DNA of 62,911 nt, the filler included, from Bipalium vagum (Eukaryota): the NCBI GenBank assembly GCA_037834085.1. It is 3 parts of 3 records of this genome, joined end to end, with 100 filler letters (N's around TTAATTAATTAA, not from the genome) between each part and the next. Parts side by side here need not be neighbours in the genome. Positions count along the whole stretch, not along the records: positions 21,992 to 46,065 come from JBBMKC010203379.1; positions 46,166 to 62,911 come from JBBMKC010096098.1; 1 more part is not named here. One strand, written 5' to 3'. The translations under genes were made by a program, and so were the position numbers. Under the pieces are notes generated by a model that ran no database searches, was not told the DNA's origin, and saw only the letters and a program-made list of their open reading frames with translations. Of the stretch, positions 40,053-52,600 are shown one piece after another; position 1 is the first letter of the stretch, and each line of letters opens with the position of its first letter.

Positions 40053-40788
40053 TACAGCGTGTATAAAGTCACTATTTATTACAAGTAATAATTGATTTTT
40101 TTTAATTTACTGAAAATAACGTCTGTAATTAATGTTTTCTTTTTTAGATATATTTAATCAAAATGACTACAGAAGAACGAGTATTCATGGTCACATAGAA
40201 AATAAAAGGAGTGGCATGCGAACAAATTACATTTAAATTTAAAAGAAAATTTCTAAAAAAAAAAGGACCAAGAACAAGGATGCTTTTTATAAATTTCAGA
40301 GGAAGAAAATATTTTTGAATATTGTGCATATATATGAATATTGTACAAGCCAAAATCCCGATTTTACAAGCACAGATAGCTCACCTGCAGGAGCAGATTG
40401 AAGAAGCTCTCTTAGAAAATAATTTGTGGAGCTGGTAAGTTTTTATTTTAAATATAATCAAATTTTACTTAATATTTAGGACCGTTACCAATATAAGTCA
40501 AATAGCAAATAATGCAATAAATAGAGCAGCAAGGGGAGATGGACGAGGCAGAGGAGCTGAATAAGGAAATGTGCTCAATAAATGTTTTCTATTTGTTTTT
40601 TTTCTTATTCTCCATCGATAAAAATAATACAGCATAAAAACGAATCGACCAAGACAAGTAATTTGTGGGTTTTTTTTTTACTGATTTTCATATAACAGAT
40701 ATTTTGAATAAAGTTCTTTTCAAATTAAAATTTTTTTAAAATTTCAATTATTTCTTGTAATACATAGTGAATTTTCATACACCCTATA
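40053..40788 (+). mobile_element. internally deleted DD41D/rosa-like element with ~45-bp TIRs and an internal spliceosomal-type intron
   Basis: TIRs tacagcgtgtataaagtcactatttattacaagtaataattga / tcaattatttcttgtaatacatagtgaattttcatacaccctata with TA flanks. N-terminus MTTEERVFMV. Candidate intron 40435-40479. Confidence 0.8.
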
Positions 40789-42126
40789 TATCCTAACTTC
40801 TATATTTATTATCTATAATATTTTTAATTTTTCAAATTAAAAATCTATATTTAGATGTCTGCAACAAAAACTGAAAACCGTGCTTGATTATACTAATATA
40901 ATCGTGGTTTTTAGCGAAACTATGATGATAAGTTTTAAGCCACAATACATCTTTCAATATTTGGTTAGATATTACTCGTAAATCACTTAAAACAAAAATA
41001 ATCAATGAATTTTTAGTGATTTCTTATTATATTGATTAAATATGTAAGTAGTACAAAAATACTAAGCAAAATTATCATTAGATAGAAATATTAAAAAATG
41101 TAGATTTAGAAAACATGATTAACATCATCCGTAATTTCTGGCATTTAACTGGAAAACACTTTTCTGAAACATTTCAGACATACTAAACACGTCCTAGAGT
41201 TATTATTTAATCTCTCAAATAATTGAGCAAAGTTAAGGTTTGTGTAAAAAATTTTTTCTTCATAAAACAACTTTTTAAGCGGAACTTGAAGTATCTCAAA
41301 TAAATCACCGAATTAGATGACGATTGTTTATAACTGGTTGGTTACACTGTCCCATAGATATTTGAGAATTCTCTAAGGTGGTGTTGTTCCTCTCTCCCCC
41401 CATTAGAGCTTACTTAAAAAGTTCAAAAACAAAAATAAATTATAAATTTTCCTTAACCCTTGACAATTGACACCTCTTTTTATATTTTCCAATTGTACAC
41501 ATTAATATTTTAATAGGTGGATATAATGGAAGAATTAATATTAAAGCAGATTAATTCAAATAATCAAGAACACCAATTTCCACATGTCACACTGTTTTTG
41601 AAGATTTTTCAAAGTGGTTCAAAAATATAAATTAAAAGAATTCAAATGATAATAAAGAAAATAAGAATAATTAGAAAATTTCTTGCAAAAAAATGGAAAA
41701 ATTGAAATGCGTTGAAATTAAAATCATTGATTAAATTTGAAAATTTTTATTTTTAGTTTTTTTTACATTTATTTGAGAACATGTAGATATTTTATGAAAA
41801 AGGGGTGCCCAAATGAATTGATTCATTGTTGTAAAGATTATATGTGAGAAAAACTTAACGACGAAAAATAAAATGATTGATTTCAATGTACCGATTTAAA
41901 TTAAAATAAATATTAAAATTTCTAAAAAGAAATACCATTCAAAACATTGTAGAATTAAATTTTTAATCAAAGGTATCCATAGATTTACAGTGTTAGGATT
42001 AAGATTTTAAGCCTAACAAGTGATAAATTATTTTAAAAACTTACTAAATCAAAATCCAATCAAGAATGTCTCAGCGTTAATTAAGCAAAAATTAAAAAGA
42101 ATAATAAAAGATAAAACGAAAACTAA

Positions 42127-42400
42127 ATGGGCGCCATGATTAAAGAAGGAAATGATATTGTAATAATCGATGAATTAAAATTTGAAAAGCGAAAGCACGA
42201 AAAAATTCACTCGACCGTCACAGTCTATGCTCGGCTAACTGAAAATGGTGGTAGTTTATTTAAAGACCCACTAACAAATATTCAGTATAGAGGATGTTCA
42301 TACCTAAGCAGCCCTTAAGCAACAAACTCCAGTCCAAAATAGAGTCCCAGATGGGATGGCGAACAGCTACTGGAATTTCTTTGACAAAACTAAATTTCTT
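42127..42400 (+). mobile_element. Merlin (IS1016/ISXO2-like) transposase remnant
   Basis: IKEGNDIVIIDELKFEKRKHEK (cf. IGG.G.IVEIDESKFGKRKY) and YARL...FKDPLT (cf. F.DP.TG). Confidence 0.65.
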
Positions 42401-43315
42401 AATATGCATAAAACATTTTTATTTAATTTTAAAATAAATTTTTTTTAATTTGTGAATTTTTTACAATAAATTAAATTTTAAAATATTTTTTTATGTTCAA
42501 TATTAAAGTCGTAATATATATTTATTTAAACAAATGGTAGTTTGTGCAGAATAAACTGCACTTTTGTTAAAAATTACAATATGATTTTTATCAGATCAGA
42601 TCTTATCAGTTGTAAGATACAATGATCCTCAAAGAATGTAATAGGTTAAGTCTAAATTTTCGATTAAATTAAAAAATTATTATTGTATAACGACAAAAAA
42701 CAGCTCATTTTAAATTTTATTTTGTATATTTGTCTCATTTATAATTTTTTATTAATATTTTTCATATTTAATTGGAAAATAAGCTTAGAAATATAGATGA
42801 CCAAAAATAATGGTTTTTTCAATAAATCAGTGCATCATTTTTAATAGTTTTATTTTTTTCTAGTGTCAATAATCAAAATATTCAATTGAATGATTTTTTA
42901 CAAAAACAAAAGGATAAGTACAGTTTGACCCCTTTTTTAAGCTTTTGGTGTTTTTACAGTGTTTCAGAAATGGTTAACAAACTTTAACGAACGAGCATGT
43001 GCGGAATATTTTATTCTTTTACTTCTAAAAAGAAAAAACCAATGAGGACAGAAAAAAATAGTGAAAGTTTTTGTTCGGCGCACATACTCACACATACTCA
43101 TTCGTTCGTCAAAAACGTCACAAACAAAGTACATTTTATGTCGTATAAAAAACTGAAAAAAAAATTTAAATAAAATGAAATACAGTTGTAGTGGGGACAA
43201 ACATAATAAAAAATTCTTGGAAGGTTTTATGAGAATGAATTGCAGAAAACAAGTTTTTGATCAATGTTCATTTTTTTAATTTATATTAATTTGTTCTAAT
43301 TCGAATTTTTGTAAA

Positions 43316-44435
43316 ATGAACCAAGATAAACCTCCATCTTATCATTCAATTTTCCAGAATAGTAAATTTTATTTTTAATTTTAAATGTTTTAAAATGTAT
43401 CCAAGATTCAGTAATTGAACAGAAAACGGAAGAACTCCAAAATATAAAAGATTTTTTTAGGCAGAAGAAAAATCATTTAAATATGATACAGAAAAGGATT
43501 GAAAAAAATCTAAGAAAAAGAAATTTTAAAAAATTTAAAATAATAAAAATGATAAAATAAAATATAAAAAATCCTTAAATTAAAAATTTCAAATTTTTAT
43601 TTAAAAGTGTACACAGTTTAATCTATTTATTGTGTACAAAGTATTATTCTAATTAGATGAGATAATTATAGAAGATAATAATTACTATAGTTATTATTAG
43701 TTGCCTTAGTTTTGTTTCATTATGATCATAACAATTAATGACTTGATTGATGTAATGCCAAAACCAACAATGCAATTAAGACATTAATTATTATCTTCAT
43801 AATTTTATCATCACAATTTAAAATTTTTACATTAAATTTAGGAAATGGAAAATCAAAACGAAACTCAAGAAAATCAAATGAATAAAGAATTAACCAATAT
43901 TTTTTTAAATATATTTATTTATATTTATATTTATTTAAATATAAATGATACTGAGTTGACAACTTTATGTGCAAGTTTTCAACAGAAATTTATGAATTCT
44001 ACAACAGAAGATATGGAAATTTCTCTTTCAAATGAATCAGAACTAATCATTCCCCAAGAAACAGAAAAAGATCCAATTCTTGAAGGAATCATTACCGAAG
44101 TCCATACGAAACAAAAAATGGTTAAAAAGGTGTTGGCGAAAATTAAGTTATAAAATCAACAAAGTATTTTTGAAGAATATCAATATCGAAGATTCTAAAA
44201 ATTGTCTACCTGTAATCAAGAAATGTGACATAAAATTGAAATGGGAAGCGAAAAATCAACTGATAGTTTATGGGATCCAAGGAGAAGCCTTAGAAAAATT
44301 TTTAAATTTTGTAAACGAAATTATATCTTTTTAAAGAAAAATTGTATAGACTATACCAAGAATTATATCAATACTTTGGTAATATTTTTTCGGCTTGGAA
44401 GAGCTCATCCTGAAATTTACAAGTATTGCCTTTGT
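43316..44435 (+). pseudogene. unidentified multi-exon host gene or pseudogene
   Basis: MNQDKPPSYHSIFQN followed by a gt donor. Acidic ORF 43845-44153 and overlapping frameshifted ORFs 44080-44334 and 44241-44453 end near a gtaagt donor. Confidence 0.4.
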
Positions 44436-44639
44436 AAGTATACTAACTTTTGATAATTTATAAATTTTTAAAAAAGATCTTGATAGATGATACTAGATAA
44501 TATTTTATTTTTTAAATTATTTAATTTATTGGTATACTCTAAGTATAACAACTTTTTATGATTTAAAAATTTTTAAAAAGTTTGCATACAGATACTAACA
44601 ATTATTTTGTTATTAAACTTATTACATTTCCATTTTAAA

Positions 44640-45064
44640 ATATTTGCCGGATTTATTCAATGGATTTCACCGCATTGTTCCAAGTTGTAGACCTGTAGAC
44701 GGCCATCCTGGTGCTGAGCAAATTGATCGTGTATACACTGTTTTGAGCAATCGCTTTCCGGTACACCACTTTCACGTTCCTCAACAAATATTGAAGGAAT
44801 TAGATAGAAGTTTTACCGCAGCCTGCATACAGTCCGAATATTGCACAACCAGATTACAGTTTATTCAGTTCCATGGCTGCTTTCTTACGTACTCAATAGT
44901 TAACTTGATATAACGAGGTAGAATCGGCATTCAAAACTTCTTGCAGAAAGTTGGACGGAAAGAAAATGATGGTTTGTATTTTGAAGAATTATGTCGTTTT
45001 TTGTAAAATTTTTTATTAAATAAATGTTGACTTTATGCACAAAGACTTTCCGGAAAACATAGTA
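44640..45064 (-). mobile_element. mariner 5' end remnant (irritans-like)
   Basis: Minus strand *KWCTGKRLLKTVY...PGWPST HTH-linker. TIR-like tactatgttttccggaaagtc. Confidence 0.6.
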
Positions 45065-45094
45065 TAGAATGCATATTTTGTTATAAATTAGACA

Positions 45095-45630
45095 AAACAC
45101 CTACGAAATGTTGAAAATCGTGTATGGGAACAATACAATGTCAAGATTTAGAGTCTTTGAATTGTATTCCGCTTTCATGGAAGCTGTGATGATACTTTAG
45201 ATAATGAAAGCCGTTCATCTACCTCCTGACAAAATTATAGACATCATTGAATCTCATAAACGTATTATATTAAGAATGCTTGAAGATGAAACTGGAATTA
45301 ATAGATAATCGATTCGGAAAATGTTGATTGAGGATTTAGGTAAGACAAATGTTTATGGTTTTGTTGTTTGAGCTTGACTCCGGAACAATTACGAGTAGAT
45401 TTGCTGCAGAAATTTCATTTTCGCTTGTGATGCTGATCCAAATTTATCAAATCCAAAAGAAGACTTTAAAAAAAGTTTTGGCGCTTTGTATAAAAGATTT
45501 ACTTAAGTGTATTCAAGTCAAGGGTAACTATTTTGATTAATGAAATATCATTTACTGTAGTCTTATATACCTTTGATTTTTTACAGTTTAATTTAAATTT
45601 AAAATATTTAAAGTCCTGGAACTTTATATA
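45095..45630 (+). mobile_element. internally deleted irritans-like mariner
   Basis: TYEMLKIVYGNNTMSRFRVFELYSAF, SIRKMLIEDLG and KCIQVKGNYFD*. Confidence 0.75.
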
Positions 45631-46065
45631 TAGTCAACGTCAAATTAATTAGACACTATATTTTATTTTTAAAAATATGATAAATAATTCCTTAATGCTA
45701 AGGCGCCAAGATTTATAAAACTAATGTGAACTTACTTATCATATATCGTATAAATATAATTTAATTATTTCGTTGTTTATGTGAATTAGTATACTTAATA
45801 AGTTTATACAACTTTTCAAATTAAAAATTTTGGTCAAATTTATTGGACACTAATATTAATGTAAATTTTATTTCATATATCAATAATTCTTTAACTTTTT
45901 AGATTTTATTTAAGATTTTTAGAATGAAGCAAACAATTTTTCATGAAATTAGAGATCTTATTAAAGTCAAATTAGATGAGGGGCAAAATTCCATTTGTCA
46001 CGAACAACAATCTATTCAATAAAAAATGGCAAAGAACTAAGGAAAAGAGGTCGGAAAAGTATTTC

Positions 46066-46165
46066 NNNNNNNNNNNNNNNNNNNNNNNNNNNNNNNNNNN
46101 NNNNNNNNNTTAATTAATTAANNNNNNNNNNNNNNNNNNNNNNNNNNNNNNNNNNNNNNNNNNNN
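46066..46165. other. assembly gap with artificial six-frame-stop linker
   Basis: 44 N + TTAATTAATTAA + 44 N. Confidence 0.95.
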
Positions 46166-46234
46166 TTCTAAATTAACATAGTTCAAATCATAAAACTTTT
46201 AATATAATTCGTAATCTACAATTATTTCGATATT

Positions 46235-46770
46235 TACAGGGTAGCCCAAAACATATGGACGGAATTGTATTTCATGTTTAAGTTAATTAAATATTCTTTA
46301 AGTAGGTAAATGAACTGATATAAAATTATACTTTATTTTAGTTCAAATAAATATGGAAAAATTTAAATTCGGATACTTCTTCGACAATATTTAAAACAAG
46401 ATTTCAGTGCAACTACAGAACTGAAAAACTTGTGTCAGCTCGTTTAGGTCAAATATGGTTCAAAAAATTTAATCACAACCTTCACGATCTACCAGGTTCC
46501 GCTAGATATGTCAAGATAAATTGTGAAAAGCTACGCAAATCAGTTGAAAATGATGGACTAGTCATGTTGAGTTAAATGTGTCTCAGAGAAAAGTGTACAA
46601 TATCTGAAAGCAATCGTTTCGGTCAACAGACGCTGCAAAAAATTTCTCATGATTAAACAAAAAAATCAAGCAATAAAAAGTATTGAAGTACGCACTAAAC
46701 TGTTTGAAAATTCCTATGATGACCGTTTTATTACCAAAATTAATCTGACCTCAGATGAATCATTATTTTT
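46235..46770 (+). mobile_element. mariner-like 5' half remnant
   Basis: TIR-like tacagggtagcccaaaa. QIWFKKF..LHDLPGSAR and NLTSDE. Confidence 0.6.
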
Positions 46771-47339
46771 TCGTCACTACTGTTGTCAATTTTAATTACT
46801 TTCAAGTCTCCTCTGATCTTCCAATATTTACCTCTGCTATCAATATGATTCTAATACTTGTTCTATTCTGTTCTGTACTACTTGTCTCATTTAACTCAAT
46901 TTTTCGAGATTTTTGCCGAATCCTAATTCTTATTACCCAATAACCATTATATAGTCCTTGACAACCACCTGACATTAGTTCAATAAAATTTACTCTATCC
47001 ATTTCCTCAATTGAAGGTGATAGACGTCTTACACTTCATATGCAACTGATATTTTTAAAATAATAATATGAGCTATAATATTTCATTAACAAAAACATTA
47101 AGAGTCATTGTTCATACTCTGTACATACCTCTGCGTACAGCCACAACGTCTAAACATTGGATTGTCCCGCTTGCTGAGGAGAAATAATCCAGTCGTATCA
47201 TTGTCGGTAGTGAAACCTTTGTATAGCTCGATCAGTTTTGAATTTTGCAACTTTCTTAGTTCTCAGTGTCATGCATCCAACGGTATGCTTATTTTTTCAC
47301 TTTATTTCGGTCTTCGTCTTCTAATTCAACAGGGATATC

Positions 47340-47785
47340 TGCAGAAAGTTATTTTGAAAAGTGACAGTTTTTTGCCAAAGATGACTATGATTCGACATTT
47401 ACTCATTCTCAAACACAAAATCCTTTTTACTGAGTCAACTCCGATCAAGCAAGAATATATAAACAACTATATGCGCTGGAGGTGGAGATCAATCAGATAA
47501 TCATGGATATGCTAAAAATCGGAAACATAGAAACAAATTCGTTATCTTGGGCATAAACCAATAGTAATGAAGAGAAAGAAAAATATTTCAATTCGGATGT
47601 GTGAGACTAGAGAAAGGCAAACGAAGTGAGCATAAAGGATACATATCTAATATCAACAGTTGAGATGATTTTTGAAAAGATTAACAGGTCGACGATATTT
47701 ACAATAAGGATACAACCAGGTAGCCATGGACGAGGATAGTGAGGATAGCATGGGTTTTATGACAAGTGAAGAATTTTATATACTG
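47340..47785 (+). mobile_element. Gypsy (Ty3) reverse transcriptase N-terminal remnant
   Basis: LKHKI..TPIKQ...LEVEINQIIMDMLKIGNIE..LSWA*PIVMKRKKNISIRMC..RKANEVSIKDTYLI...GYNQVAMDEDSEDSMGFMTSEEFY. Confidence 0.85.
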
Positions 47786-48004
47786 ATGAGCAAATTATTT
47801 GACAACAGCTGAAATTAGTTATTTAAAAATACATATACTTTTTAATTAAAAGAATGTATGTTTATTAAAATTGATAAGTATTAAAATAAATTTTAACTTA
47901 ATGAATTTATTAATTGTTTAAATATCCAATTATATATTTTTCAATAGTTCAAATTTATTGACAACCATTTTACAGGGTTTTTAATTCAAGTTGGAACATT
48001 TTAA

Positions 48005-48290
48005 TTAAAACTTGTATTTGATAAAATTGTCACCATTTCTGCATATTCGGAGAAATGATTTTATATTTCGAAACCATCCTTCACAGTCGTTCCTAGTAAT
48101 TGAATCCAGTTCTTCTTTCAGGACATCTAATAATTCATCCTCTGAAGTACAATTGGTTCTTTTTACAAAATTCTTCCATTTCGAAAACATTTTTTAGATT
48201 GGGTCGGAGATTATGGTAGAAGGTATTGCATAACGTGTCCCTTTCCTTGAGAAATCTCTTTGACATTGTTACACCTGTGAAAAGGAACTA
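48005..48290 (-). mobile_element. Tc1/IS630-like (DDxE) transposase C-terminal remnant
   Basis: VPFHRCNNVKE...GHVMQYLLP*SP...MFSKWKNFVKRTNCTSEDELL...ITRNDCEGWFR (LPPYSP.LNPIE region). Confidence 0.8.
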
Positions 48291-49279
48291 TTAAGTTCCA
48301 AATTTAAGTGGAGCTAAGAATAATTATTATTAGTACTTAATGGTGAAGGTTGCTTTTTATTATTAATGATTAAATAAAATCGAATTCAATTTTTTCAAAA
48401 TTATATATAAAAAAATGGATTTACACACAAGTTGGTGATGATCATCCTTGATGGATTATTTAATTTAGGGCCTTTTATTTTAAAGTTAGAAAAATCTTCA
48501 AGATCTTAACCTCTTAGGTCCTCAAATAAGAAAAATAATTGAACTCACCGCTCTACTTAGCGTGTGAGTTAAGAATAAAAAAGAAAACGGAAAAAGTAAC
48601 AGAAATTAAAAAATTATTTGATCCTCAGGTTTTGGTCTGAATATTTAATTATTATTATTTAAAGGTTATCTTTTTTGTTTACTAAACAAGATTACCGACT
48701 TAAATTTATTTATTTATAATTTTGTTTTATTAATAAAACAATTAATATTGGTTAAAGAGCAAAAATGATATAAAAATTATTATGATCGATAGAATTATTT
48801 TTTATTTAATTTTACTTAAAAGGAATTACATGTGAGCATAAAATTTGAGCTGAAAAGTTTGTATTATCGTTGAGCTACCGGGACTCTGATTTTTGTTCAC
48901 GTGCTCTTTTCTATTTTATTAGATTTTTTGACTTTCTTTCTTGTAGCTCCTTCTTTTATAGCCAAATGTTGCCTTTGTTATTTTTGAATGATGGCTGCTT
49001 TAATGTCCCTGATTCTAGTTAGTAGTTGAATATCTGTGGCAATTGATTGTACAATCGATTAATGTTTCTAATTGTGACAGTTGAATGATATTTCTCTGAT
49101 GAAAAATTATTTATTATAATATTTTTTTGTGTCCTTTATTCTATTTTCCAAGGACTTTTATATTATTTTTATTAATACAGTTATTATTTATTATTTATAT
49201 ATTATTTTAATTTTTTATATTCTTTTTATTTTTAGTAATTTATTTTAAAAATTTTTTATTTTTAGAAACTTTCCCATAT

Positions 49280-49570
49280 TTAATTTGTTTATTCACAAAA
49301 TGTATTAATCCATCAAAGACAATATTACATATAAAAGAAATAAAAAATGAAGGAGTTCGATATGACAAGAGGTTGGTTGAAGTAATACCTTGGGACAATA
49401 AAATGGTTCACAGAATTACTACAATCCCTAACAAGCTTAAAGGTGAAAAGCCAGATGACCGGTAGATGATCTGCCTAGGAAAATATGTCCCAGTAATAGA
49501 CTTAGTTGTTTGGGCGAACGGTCGAGCCTTAGTCGACTTAAAAATTGGAAACAGGTCAATTCACTAAATA
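49280..49570 (+). mobile_element. Gypsy pol RT/RNase H connection remnant
   Basis: ILHIKEIKNEGVRYDKRLVEVI (LGH.I...GV..D..KV.AI-like) and YLGTIKWF. Confidence 0.45.
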
Positions 49571-49665
49571 TTAACACAATTTGAAAATTTTCAGTAAGGA
49601 ATTTCATAAAGAAAGATATGAAAAATAATTTATTATAAAATAATCTTAAAATGAATCCATATCAA

Positions 49666-52600
49666 TTAATTGTGTGATTTGAAATTTTTTATTTCTCCAA
49701 GAATTTCTGAAACAAAAATAATCATAAAAATAATTAAAATAATAGAACCCGTCAAAAAGTTATTTTCATTTGAAGGACAAGTAATACATTTATACTCTGC
49801 GGGAACGTCTTCTTCAACGTACTGTTCTAGAATGGACTTATGTCTCAAAAACAATGGAGATTGTATAGCATTAACAGGAGTTATTCTTTTATCTGGATCT
49901 AATTCTACCATTTGCATTATTAGATTAATGACTATTGATTATCATGATAAAGCTCAAAAACATGAATTAATCAATACCATCATCTGCTTCACATTCCGAA
50001 CCACTTCCTACAGCGTCGACCACTAATAATTGATCAATATCAGTATATCAGAAGATAGTAAAGTTTAAGTTGATAAATATTAATAATTTCATAAACAGAA
50101 ATTAAGATAAATCTATCAAATATTAAAGGCTGCATAACGAAATTTGATATACAAAGTTCTAAACAAATCACGAAAAGAAAGATTTTGGTAATCATAATAC
50201 CAATTATTAAAAAAATGCTTGATTTACTGACGGGTTTGACCCAAAAAATACAATTTGGAAACATGGTTTTGAAAATAATTCGGAAAATCTTATTAATCAA
50301 ATTCTAAAACAGGTTCTATCGTATTTTTATAACAATAATAATATTAATAATAAAATATTCAACTTCGTGGTATCAATTTTCCATGTTTGTTTAGGACATT
50401 CAAAAAAAAACAACGTGGGCAATTCAAAGTCAGATTTTATTAATACAGTAAAGAAATTTTTTTTTCCAGAATGTAGGGCATCCAGAAGGTTAAATATTAA
50501 ATTTTAGATAAATGAGTTTGCTGTAATCAATATACGACTGTTTTATTCATTAACAATGTCTTGGAGAATTTTATTATAGGAAATAAGCTTCATAAATAGC
50601 TAATATAAATAAACGCTCGTTAAAGTAACTCGTCGTCTGTTAACGTATTGAGATTGGTTGTTTTTCGAAATGAATGATTATTATTTGACATGAATCAATT
50701 TTTCCAAGTTCCTGAAGTCTACAATAAACTTATAAAATCTAGTAGGAGACTGTTCATTCAAAAGCGAAAGTTTTGGTTACTCTTTCTTTATTTTTAAACA
50801 ATTGCTTAAACATAAATTTCAGATAATCGTAGTTAACTCTTTGCATGAAGTATAATCAGGTTTTAAGACGAAATCCATTGTTCCATGTATACGATTTCTT
50901 CTTTTTAAAAAACATTGTAAAGGTCAATTTTTAATGTGAGTGAAAAGATATAAATGAGTACAGAAGTTATTTTTTTTAATATTTTTGTTTAAAATAAGCT
51001 ATTTAAACATGAACATAGATTGTAGAAAATAATAAATATTTTATGATCATACTATTTGGTAATATCCGTTAGTATCTATCAATGTATTTCAGTAAATTTG
51101 TAAAGACAGACAGTAAATATTATGTATTATTTTTAGTAGTTATTATCAGAAATGAATCTTACTAAAATTGATTATTTCGGGTCTGATAACGCTTTCTAAT
51201 TTATTTGATGTAGCAGCAAAACTTTTGAATAATGTTAAACCCATAACAGCCTAATTTTACCAATTTATAATTGAAAAAAGCTATAAAATATAATACATCT
51301 TTATTATTCATTTTATTAAGCATGTCTTCTTCCGGCCAACCCATCGTTTTCAGGATACATTTTGATTGATCAGTTTGATTCTTTCCTTGAAACAAAACCT
51401 TTTTGGTAAAAAACTCAGTAAATATACAGCCTGCTGACCACATATCCACTTAAATTTTAAATAAAATTGAAAATTTATAAAATAAAGTAAAAAATACTGA
51501 AAATTTTCAATTTCAATTAATTCAAATAACAAATATATTCATTTTTAACAAAAAACATTGATTTTCATTTTATCAATAAAATAAATATTTCGGTATACTG
51601 TTTTTGATTTTACTGATTATAACTTTTAATTGGTTATGATTATTAAATCAAAATTTTTAAAAACAATAGTTTAATATTAATTTTTTTACTCGTCGATTCT
51701 TGCTATCAAAATAAATTATTAAGATCTCTAGTTTTTCTTTAAAACAAGGACTTCTGGTTACATTCTTCAGATTTCACTGCTTGCATTTCTCTCGCAATAA
51801 TATTTTATAGAATTTTATAAAACCTGTATTTATTTATTATTTTATTTACTATCTGATAGATAAATTCGTTATGTATAAAATTAAAAATATTCAAATTAAC
51901 AAGTTTTCCTATTTTAATAATCATAAAACTTACGGTTCTTTTATAATAGTTTAAAACTGATAGATCAATTTATAAGTAGCATTTTACTAAAAAATTTAAA
52001 TAATATACATAACATAGAAAAATGAATATCTAATCAAGTAGGATTAATAAATTCGAATGGAAATACAAGTAGAAGAATTATATGTGAAATCTGGCTCTTT
52101 AAACAATTTGACTTACTTTTCGTCTTTCGTGTAATTTAATTAAAGGTATTCTTGCTATAAGTTTTCAGAGAAACCTATTGATTATAAAAAAATTTCAGAA
52201 AATTCAGCTATACCACAAATGAGATAGTCAAATGTAGAACTATATTAATTAAAATATGTAAGATATTTTGATTGTGGCAAGAATTCAATCAGTATTTTAT
52301 CAAAATTTTCAGTATTTTAATTTTAATAATCAATTGAAACTTAAACTTTCGTGTCACAAACATAATACAATAATATCATAATCGTAATATTATTTCTACT
52401 TACATAACTACTTACAATATTTGAGTAATTCAAATAAATAATAAAAATTGTTTATTTTCGATTAGAAGTTTATAAATTCACATTATTGATTGACTTTTGT
52501 GACCACTATACGTGTATTGGATCAAATATGATATCTTTTGTTTTATACTAAGGTGTAAAACTATAATATTAACTAATATTATCTATTGAAGAAAAATTTA

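Noticed and set aside
44644-44913. 89-aa plus-strand ORF
   Set aside because: Antisense shadow of a minus-strand mariner N-terminus.
48542-48570. GC-rich hairpin aactcac-cgct...agcg-t-gtgagtt
   Set aside because: Isolated, with no CTRR Helitron end or other supporting context.
49670-50026. 118-aa plus-strand ORF
   Set aside because: Antisense to kinase exons 8-10.
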